The notes beneath the pieces are model-generated. The model worked only from the letters and a program-made list of their open reading frames with translations, was not told the DNA's origin and ran no database searches. Below, one piece after another: positions 51,438 through 58,422 of a stretch of DNA of 58,422 nucleotides. Source of the stretch: Bacteroidota bacterium (GTDB lineage: Bacteria; Bacteroidota; Bacteroidia; AKYH767-A; OLB10); NCBI GenBank assembly GCA_031421935.1, contig JANOPQ010000038.1:1-58422 (forward strand), written 5' to 3'. Both the position numbers and the translations under genes were made by a program. Positions within the stretch are counted from its first letter, which is position 1. Each line of letters opens with the position of its first letter.

Positions 51438-52097
51438 TTACTTTTTAACTACATTAATTTGTTGTACGATGAATGACATCGCGGTTCTTAAATAATAGGC
51501 AGTCCAAAGAACTATACCTGTAAATTTAAAGCTATCCTCCCAAAACGCATGATCTGAATTTGCCTTAATTATTTCACGATCTACTACTAAGGACATTGCA
51601 AACATCAACAAAGCAAGAGACCACAGTACGAAGTCGGTTTGTAAAAAAGTTTTAAAACAAACGATAACAATAAAGACAATACAAACAAAGTAAGCCAAGA
51701 AAAACAATTGTTCCGGAATGTATCGAATGTCGCTAAACATTTTTTCATGCATTTGAAATACATCATCAAAGCCTAAAACAAATGAGAGCAGACCAGCAAA
51801 GAGCATCAACAAAAACTGTTGTCGAGGACCTTTTAATCGATACAAAAAAGCTGCGGTAAAAAAGCATATAGTGGCCGAAGCGCTCCAAAAGAAAATTCCG
51901 GCATTAGATATCATTCCTGTATAAGTATGACCTTTTAGAATGGTATTGGGGTCACGAGTGAGATCGCCCAAATCAATTCCGAGCATTCGACCTACTTTGT
52001 AGGTGATGAAAAGGATGGTGGTAGGAATCAATAAAGCAATAAAATAGGCTTTATAGTTTTCCTTAATTCGGTCAAAAGTTAAAATAACAATATACAT
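51438..52097 (-). CDS. Uncharacterised multi-pass membrane protein (DDxFQxHE motif)
   Basis: About 7 TM segments; shares DLxRD, GMxS, DDxFQxHE and EDxxKFxGI with its neighbour. Confidence 0.78.
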   Translation of the reverse strand: MYIVILTFDRIKENYKAYFIALLIPTTILFITYKVGRMLGIDLGDLTRDPNTILKGHTYTGMISNAGIFFWSASATICFFTAAFLYRLKGPRQQFLLMLFAGLLSFVLGFDDVFQMHEKMFSDIRYIPEQLFFLAYFVCIVFIVIVCFKTFLQTDFVLWSLALLMFAMSLVVDREIIKANSDHAFWEDSFKFTGIVLWTAYYLRTAMSFIVQQINVVKK

Positions 52098-52230
52098 AGG
52101 ATGTGAAGAGAGAATAATACGTTATTCTGCGAAAATAGTTAACCTTTGCATAACATAATCGATCCTAGATCGACTAAAGTAAACTACAAGTATTTGATAA
52201 TTGACCTATTAAGTAAAAAATAGAGATTTA

Positions 52231-52261
52231 TTTGTCAAGAATACAATTTGACTTATCTTTG
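52231..52261 (+). promoter_or_regulatory. Bacteroidota housekeeping promoter for tRNA-Asp (TTTG-N19-TATCTTTG)
   Basis: Both -33 and -7 elements at canonical spacing. Confidence 0.7.
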
Positions 52262-52346
52262 CAGCCCTTCAACAGGAGTTTTCTGTTTAGGGAAACCAAC
52301 AGAGTGGTATTTCCGTTACAAGAAATACAATATAACGTTGCGAAAC

Positions 52347-52420
52347 GGTTCGGTAGTTCAGCTGGTTAGAATACATGCCTGTCACGCATGGGGTCGCGGG
52401 TTCGAGTCCCGTCCGGACCG
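52347..52420 (+). tRNA. tRNA-Asp (GTC)
   Basis: Cloverleaf: acceptor GGTTCGG/CCGGACC, anticodon arm CATGC-CTGTCAC-GCATG, T loop TTCGAGT; CCA not encoded. Confidence 0.97.
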
Positions 52421-52430
52421 CTTAAATTAA

Positions 52431-52465
52431 GCACAAATGAGAGCAGAAATGCTCTTTTTTTGTGC
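52431..52465 (+). terminator. Intrinsic terminator after tRNA-Asp
   Basis: AGAGCA-GAAA-TGCTCT followed by a T tract, within a longer GCACAAA/TTTGTGC stem. Confidence 0.75.
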
Positions 52466-52621
52466 CTAATAATTTCGTTTTGAATCAATTAAGATAGACT
52501 TATCAACTTTTTCATTATTATAATATTAGCCGAATCATCATTTTATTAGCCTAAATTCTATAATTATTTGCAGCTAAAACCCATGTATACCAGAGTTAGC
52601 TGTTAAATAATAAGTGATAAT

Positions 52622-52669
52622 GTATCCTATAAAGTACTTTTTTCGTTATATTTGTATTATATAGTATAC
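52622..52669 (+). promoter_or_regulatory. hipBA promoter (TATATTTG, 52647-52654) flanked by two GTA-N3-TATA-N3-TAC putative operators
   Basis: GTATCCTATAAAGTAC at 52622-52637 and GTATTATATAGTATAC at 52654-52669. Confidence 0.6.
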
Positions 52670-52674
52670 GTTAA

Positions 52675-53013
52675 ATGGATGCGCAGAAGTATATATTGCC
52701 TAAAAACCTTCGAATTCTTGATGGTTTAGGCCAGAATATTAAGCTGGCTAGGTTGCGTCGGAAAATGAGTACAGAACAACTGGCAGAAAGAGCCGGTATT
52801 GGTCGCATGACGTTATACAAGATTGAAAAGGGGTCTCCGGTTGTTTCTATTGGGAATTACATGCTTGTGCTTTTTATTTTAGGCTTAGAAAAGGACTTGA
52901 TGTTAATTGGAGCTAATGATCCGCTTGGAAGGAAAATACAGGATGCAAAGCTGCTGGTTAAACAGCGTTCTCCAAAATTGAAAAAGAAGAAAGATGATGG
53001 CAATGGAGAATGA
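52675..53013 (+). CDS. XRE-family HTH antitoxin (HipB-like)
   Basis: LGQNIKLARLRR...LAERAGIGRMTLYKIEKG; overlaps the hipA start. Confidence 0.88.
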   Translation: MDAQKYILPKNLRILDGLGQNIKLARLRRKMSTEQLAERAGIGRMTLYKIEKGSPVVSIGNYMLVLFILGLEKDLMLIGANDPLGRKIQDAKLLVKQRSPKLKKKKDDGNGE

Positions 53014-54274
53014 GAAAAGAGAAGTATTTGTCTATGCCGATTGGGATGGACTCGCAGAACCAATGTTGATGGGTAAGCTCTTGGTCAATCGTACCAGGGG
53101 AAAGGAAATATTTGCATTTGAGTACGATTCCGAATGGATGAATTCCGAATTCAATATGTACCTGGACCCTCATCTTGGACTTTTCAATGGACAACAATAC
53201 TTACCAGACGATAAACCGAATTTCGGAATGTTCCTCGACTCTTCACCTGACCGTTGGGGGCGATTGCTAATGCGCAGAAGAGAAGCAGCCATGTCGCGTA
53301 AAGACGGTCGCAAAGAAAATACACTTTACGAAACTGATTATTTACTCGGTGTATTTGATGGGCACAGAATGGGCGGTATTCGCTTTAAAACAGATCTAGT
53401 TGGTGGTTTCTTGAACAATCAAAAGGAAATGGCCTCACCGCCTTGGACGTCGTTAAGAGAACTAGAAAATGCCAGTTTGAAATTAGAAAGAGAAGATGCA
53501 TCCAGTGATCCAGAATATTTGAAATGGCTCGCATTACTTATTGCTCCCGGTTCTTCACTAGGAGGTGCAAGACCGAAAGCCGGTGTTCTCGATGAAAAAA
53601 ATAGTTTATGGATCGCAAAATTTCCAAGTGTAAATGATGAACAAGATACAGGAGCATGGGAAATGGTTTTACATCATCTTGCCGAGGCATGCGGAATTAT
53701 TGTTCCAGAAGCGCGACTACTCCAATTTGGAAGCAAGCATCATACATTTTTAACAAAACGATTTGATAGAAATAATGATAGCCGCAGAATTCATTTCGCT
53801 TCTGCAATGACACTCCTTGGATACAATGATGGATCAAGTCATGAAGACGGTGTTAGTTATTTAGAAATGGTTGAAATAATTCAACGCTATGGAGCTGAAC
53901 CGAAACGGGATTTAGAACAACTTTGGAGAAGAATTTTATTCAATGTTTGCGTTTCGAATACAGATGATCATTTACGCAATCATGGTTTTCTACTAACAGA
54001 AAGAGGTTGGAGGCTTTCTCCGGCGTATGATATGAATCCCAATGAAACAGAAACCGGATTAAAATTAAATATTTCAGAAAATGATAATTCATTAAGCGTA
54101 GATTTGGTAATGAGTGTAGCTGGATACTTTACGCTGGATGAAACAAAATCAAAAGCCATTCTGAATGAAATGCAGGGAATAATTTCAAAATGGAATGAAG
54201 TTGCAAAAAAAATAGGGATTTCCAGTCAAGAAAGGCAGAAGATGAGTGCAGCATTTAATCATGAAAATAAATAA
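52994..54274 (+). CDS. hipA: HipA-family kinase toxin
   Basis: DSSPDRWG, GSSLGGARPKA, WIAKFP, KRFDR, NTDDHLRNHGF and LSPAYD motifs. Confidence 0.94.
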   Translation: MMAMENEKREVFVYADWDGLAEPMLMGKLLVNRTRGKEIFAFEYDSEWMNSEFNMYLDPHLGLFNGQQYLPDDKPNFGMFLDSSPDRWGRLLMRRREAAMSRKDGRKENTLYETDYLLGVFDGHRMGGIRFKTDLVGGFLNNQKEMASPPWTSLRELENASLKLEREDASSDPEYLKWLALLIAPGSSLGGARPKAGVLDEKNSLWIAKFPSVNDEQDTGAWEMVLHHLAEACGIIVPEARLLQFGSKHHTFLTKRFDRNNDSRRIHFASAMTLLGYNDGSSHEDGVSYLEMVEIIQRYGAEPKRDLEQLWRRILFNVCVSNTDDHLRNHGFLLTERGWRLSPAYDMNPNETETGLKLNISENDNSLSVDLVMSVAGYFTLDETKSKAILNEMQGIISKWNEVAKKIGISSQERQKMSAAFNHENK

Positions 54275-54454
54275 TATTTAATTTGAGACTGTTAAATAAT
54301 CTGACAATTATTTAAGTCATTCAAACAATCTGGTTTATTAGACTAATTATAGAGGATGAATTCAAACTGAAATTAGTTCCTTTCAATCTTGTTCCGTACC
54401 TTATTCATATTCTTCTTTCATTTAAAATTTAGTTGTTTTATCTACTTTAGTCCT

Positions 54455-55111
54455 ATGAAACCAACATCAATCTCCCTCCTCTTTCTGTTTCTATCCGCTT
54501 CACTCTCCTTTGCACAGCGTCTCCCCCTCTTTGGTTCTGAAACTAGCCAACGCAAATATGGAGAACAAGTGAATCGAAACCCTTATGATGCTTCGTTGAG
54601 TTATTTCGAGTGTATTGACCCAGGAAATGCTTTTGTTGTAAATGAAAATGGAAAGGAATTTTACACACTTTACTTTTTTATAGAAGATACTTTAACTGAA
54701 TTAGGCTTTCGTGTTTTATCACCTGTTCCTGAATTAACAAGTCCGAACAAGGGCCATCTTGCCACCGAAGATTTTTATAATTCTAAAAATAAAAACAAGG
54801 GATTTAATTCATTCTTGTCGATCAGCAAAGCAGATGGTCTCGAAAAAAGAAATGAGCTTTTAAATTATAAGGCAGAACCCACTTGGAAATTAATTGGTGA
54901 AAACGATGATTCGAAGGAAATGGATAATCCAGAAAATTCGTTGATTCGAATTGTGAATGGAAAAAATAATATTTTCTTGTGGCCTGGACTTTATCGAATT
55001 CAGATTGCTACACCTGAAAAAAAAGAGTTGATTGGAAGTTTTTTATTGCAAACAGGAACAATTCCTGCTGTACAGCTTTCTCCTCTCGTTTCCGATTGGA
55101 GAAAGCTGTAA
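54455..55111 (+). CDS. LipL32-like exported protein
   Basis: Colinear resemblance to Leptospira LipL32 (recalled sequence): FYTLYFFI...ELGFRVLSP, NDDS, NSLIRI, GLYRI...GSF; signal peptide starts at ATG 54455. Confidence 0.75.
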   Translation: MKPTSISLLFLFLSASLSFAQRLPLFGSETSQRKYGEQVNRNPYDASLSYFECIDPGNAFVVNENGKEFYTLYFFIEDTLTELGFRVLSPVPELTSPNKGHLATEDFYNSKNKNKGFNSFLSISKADGLEKRNELLNYKAEPTWKLIGENDDSKEMDNPENSLIRIVNGKNNIFLWPGLYRIQIATPEKKELIGSFLLQTGTIPAVQLSPLVSDWRKL

Positions 55112-55130
55112 TACCCAGTTGCAAGTATTT

Positions 55131-57656
55131 TTAATTTCCTGTAAAAAGCAACTTGAATGTTTTCTGCGTATTTCCTGCAACGAATCGAAGTAAATAAATT
55201 CCTTCCTTCATTCCGTTTGAAACCATTGACAAATTCATGGTATGGAATCCAGCTGCCATTTGCGATTTATTAGCAAGCGTTGCCATTTTTTGTCCGGTAA
55301 TATTGTACAATTCTATATTTACATTTTCCACTTTAGGCAAGCTAAAATCAAGAGTAGTTAAATCGGAGACGATAGTTGGATAAACATTGGCGACGGGCAC
55401 ATCTGATGTAATTTCCCATACCGGCGTAGCAAATGAAAAATGGGCTACAATAGAATCATTCGAAGTAAAATTCACTCGAGCAATGGCTGAACTATCATTC
55501 GGGTTAAAGACTTGTGAATTGGAAGTCCAATTCACAAACTGATACGTAGTATTTGCATTGGCTTGTAAAATATTATCCATGCCACCAAAGTATTTTCCGG
55601 TCCAAGGTAAATCAGTATGTAAAAGTGTATTGAGTTGAATAGTTCCTGCTCCTACTGGATCTGCATTCAAAGTGATATCATAGGGGCCATTCAGATTATA
55701 GCAGCTATTATATCCATTCGACATCCAATTACAACGATTTGTAATGTAAGTGCGAAGTGTATCTACGTTCATTAACCACTCTGCATGGGTACCACTCCAT
55801 CGAGTAGCCTGCATAGCCATTTCTGGATCCAATTTGTTGACCACACTGTCTAATTGAGTCAGCATATTATCACAACTAAATACAGTATTCCACAAATCAA
55901 TCATACGTGAAACATAATATTGTTGGAAGTCGGGGTTTTGACGCAAACGATTTAACACTTGAATATGACCCTCTGGATCGGAGTTACTGTTCAAGCCTTG
56001 CACATCGCATGGTAATGCATTAAAATTTCGATTCGGAATTCCAGTATAATTGATATAATGTCCAAAGGTTGCGTCATTGTCCCAAAGTATATAACCCCAT
56101 CTTAAGTGAGTTCCAGTGGAATCCAAACCTCTCCACCAGCCCGTATTATAATTTAACCAATCGGATGCGACAGTTGCACTATTCACTATAATATAGTCCA
56201 CCAAGCTGGTTGCGTCGTATTGATTGATGACAGTGTTATAATTTGTCAGGTTCGCCATGCTGTTACTCATAATATAATTATAAAGTGTAGACCAAGCAGT
56301 TAAAGCGGCCGCACCACCGTGTTCAGCCCAAGTATTACCCCAGGTTTCAATATACTGTAAATGATATTTATCCTGACCGTATGTAAATTCAGTAAAGTCA
56401 GGATCATCCGGATTATCGCGAATGTCATATAAACCCCAATACACATTATTTAAATACACAATTACTTTTTCCGAATTACGTACATCTAATTTCAATCCAC
56501 CTTTTAAAGCTAGCATATGTATATAGGCATCACGAAGATGTGTACTACCTATATTTGGAGTATTATGATCAGCTGGATAATTATCATCACCTGAACAACG
56601 TAACATGATTCGTTGATACTCATCTCTGGTCGAATAGTGGAATAATTTTTCTTCAATACTATGATTATATCCCATTTCATCGCGCGAAATAAAATCCAAA
56701 CTACGTTGACTAAGTGCCCACGAATCTTGACCGTGACGATTAAATTCTCCATAAGTATCCGCTTTTCTCACTCCTGCGGTATCAAAATATTCAAAAGTTC
56801 CTTTGGGTTCTAAAGTACCTGATCCATTAGCCAAATTTGTAAGTTGTGTTCCGGATATTGAAATAATCGGTAAAGTATGACTTACATTGATAAAGTAAGT
56901 TTTATATTCTGTAAAACTAGGTAATACAGTAGGATCTGGACTCCAGGTCATAGCTTTTAACACCGTTGTAGATGGAATGGAAACTGCTGATGCATAAATC
57001 GGAGAAGAGGTAGTAGGTGCAGTACCATCGGAAGTATATCTTGTAGTTCCGCCCGGCTCTGTACTCGTAATAAGTGCTGTGAATGCTGCGGAATAAAATC
57101 CAGCTGGAGTTGGGAAATCAGGTTTAGAGGCGTAGCGAGCATAAGAAGTGGCATTATTGTTAGTGCCATTTGGTGTAGGAGCCACAAAAATCCCCCAAAC
57201 AGGAGAGCCATTTGTTACCCTACCATAAGAGTGTCCTAACTGCGTTTTTGTAAGGGTCAAACTATCTAATATAACACCCGATACATCAGACAAAATAATA
57301 TTCTCTTTATTGTTTTTTGTTTGTGATAATTTAAAGTTGGTATGGTATGTTGTAGTTGTATATGTATTTCTACCACTACACCATACTCGCATAAATCCAT
57401 TTGATCCGATGGTAGCTGTTGAAGGAAAAGTATACTTCAAAATATTTGTTTTATTATCACTTAGGTGATATCCTGCTAAAGAAATTACAGTGGGAGAGGC
57501 ATTATAAATTTCAATCCAATCGCCATAATCAGCATGGTTGTCGACAAATTGAGTAAGATTAGAAGTAGAATATTCATTGATGACTAATTGGCTTTTTGCA
57601 TCATACGATTGTAGAGCAAATAATAGCATAAAACTAAATGTAAGTAATTTTTTCAA
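55131..57656 (-). CDS. CotH-kinase family protein with lamin-tail and FN3-associated domains and a T9SS CTD
   Basis: LVINEY/DWIEIYN (LTD), RYTSDGTAP, YLNNVYWGLY, DWLNYN, ILWDND; CTD VYP...GIYLLRF. Confidence 0.87.
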   Translation of the reverse strand: MKKLLTFSFMLLFALQSYDAKSQLVINEYSTSNLTQFVDNHADYGDWIEIYNASPTVISLAGYHLSDNKTNILKYTFPSTATIGSNGFMRVWCSGRNTYTTTTYHTNFKLSQTKNNKENIILSDVSGVILDSLTLTKTQLGHSYGRVTNGSPVWGIFVAPTPNGTNNNATSYARYASKPDFPTPAGFYSAAFTALITSTEPGGTTRYTSDGTAPTTSSPIYASAVSIPSTTVLKAMTWSPDPTVLPSFTEYKTYFINVSHTLPIISISGTQLTNLANGSGTLEPKGTFEYFDTAGVRKADTYGEFNRHGQDSWALSQRSLDFISRDEMGYNHSIEEKLFHYSTRDEYQRIMLRCSGDDNYPADHNTPNIGSTHLRDAYIHMLALKGGLKLDVRNSEKVIVYLNNVYWGLYDIRDNPDDPDFTEFTYGQDKYHLQYIETWGNTWAEHGGAAALTAWSTLYNYIMSNSMANLTNYNTVINQYDATSLVDYIIVNSATVASDWLNYNTGWWRGLDSTGTHLRWGYILWDNDATFGHYINYTGIPNRNFNALPCDVQGLNSNSDPEGHIQVLNRLRQNPDFQQYYVSRMIDLWNTVFSCDNMLTQLDSVVNKLDPEMAMQATRWSGTHAEWLMNVDTLRTYITNRCNWMSNGYNSCYNLNGPYDITLNADPVGAGTIQLNTLLHTDLPWTGKYFGGMDNILQANANTTYQFVNWTSNSQVFNPNDSSAIARVNFTSNDSIVAHFSFATPVWEITSDVPVANVYPTIVSDLTTLDFSLPKVENVNIELYNITGQKMATLANKSQMAAGFHTMNLSMVSNGMKEGIYLLRFVAGNTQKTFKLLFTGN

Positions 57657-57867
57657 GGTGGTTTTGGATTGAGTTGTGTTAAATTAACATTAATAATTTA
57701 CTAATTTACAGAAAACTTAACTCTAGGCAAGTTGGATATTCACTTCAAAGCAATTAGAATTTCAAAGTGCTGAATATCAACCATTTTATTTAAGATCAGT
57801 GCTAATTGCAATTCAAAAAACACCAACAATTACAATAATTTTATCTGAGTTCGAATTGATACAGAAA

Positions 57868-58422
57868 TTATTGAATTTTCTTTAGCTCTGATTTGCCCAT
57901 CATCGTAAAACCAACAAAAGCGAGCAAACTCATCAAAATTATGGTTGTAAACATCATATCGAAACCAAAAGTATTAGCGATCCCAAGACCAATTAATGGC
58001 GCAGCAATATTTGCAATTCCAAATGAAATTGAATACAAAGCAGCGTATTGTCCTTGCCTTTCAGCATGTGACCTGGACAAAGAAAAATTCATCATAAACG
58101 GCATAGCATATATTTCAGAGAAAGTGATAATGACTGTATAAAGTATCGCCCAAATCATCATTCCTTTTCCGAAAAACAAAACCAAAAAAGAAACAGGAAG
58201 TAATAAAGCACCAATACGAATGAATGGAAAAATATTAGTTTTACTTTCCAGTTTCATCATGAGTGGCATCTCAATTAAAACTACTAAGAATCCATTCAAG
58301 GCTAATAGAAGTCCAATTGTTCCCTCGTCATATTTACAAACTTTACTGAAATATTGAGGTATACTCGCAAAGATTTGAAAGAAGCAAGTACCCCAAAGTG
58401 AAACTAAAAAAATAAAAATTAA
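57868..58422 (-). CDS. MFS transporter, C-terminal part (begins beyond the window)
   Basis: Frame is open to the window edge; NGFLVVLIEMP, SEIYAMP, RQGQY and APLIG motifs. Confidence 0.85.
   Translation of the reverse strand, partial: LIFIFLVSLWGTCFFQIFASIPQYFSKVCKYDEGTIGLLLALNGFLVVLIEMPLMMKLESKTNIFPFIRIGALLLPVSFLVLFFGKGMMIWAILYTVIITFSEIYAMPFMMNFSLSRSHAERQGQYAALYSISFGIANIAAPLIGLGIANTFGFDMMFTTIILMSLLAFVGFTMMGKSELKKIQ

Noticed and set aside
52248-52430. 60-aa ORF
   Set aside because: It overlaps the tRNA-Asp gene and its promoter.
52581-52611. dif/pdif site suggested by TGTTAAAT near hipBA
   Set aside because: Only part of the XerD arm matches; there is no XerC arm with the ATAA-N6-TTAT core.
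57741-57781. Imperfect hairpin GTTGGATATTCA...TGAATATCAAC as an attC site or ncRNA
   Set aside because: Single copy with GTT/AAC in the wrong order for attC; no further support.
624-58141. Numerous short ORFs in the track that are antisense to or nested in long genes
   Set aside because: They lie within well-supported genes and show no recognisable motifs.

Overview
AT-rich chromosomal segment of a Bacteroidota bacterium, inferred from the TAnnTTTG promoters, T9SS cargo proteins, gldFG and a short CarB. It is mostly housekeeping: cinA (partial), the relA-fur-STAS-purA-ostA cluster, dnaN, gldF/gldG, trmD, aroQ, xerD, carB, rpmH, rsmG, an ECF sigma factor and tRNA-Asp. It also holds two surface-polysaccharide loci, a hipBA-type toxin-antitoxin pair, a LipL32-like protein, a CotH-T9SS protein and a partial MFS transporter. 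The most unusual signals are non-coding. (1) A ~2 kb integrase-free islet with two paralogous T9SS cargo genes is bracketed by a ~100 bp direct repeat containing the last 18 codons of ostA, and the two coding copies differ only at synonymous sites. (2) One repeat copy carries a precisely placed 20-bp perfect palindrome (CCTGCCTGCCGGCAGGCAGG) that the other lacks, giving a filled and an empty site in one window; related CCYGCCT...AGGCRGG palindromes occur elsewhere. (3) There is a dense REP/palindrome cluster and an element bounded by inverted heptamer arrays. No CRISPR array, rRNA, transposase or reverse transcriptase was seen. Protein family calls come from motif recognition, not database searches.
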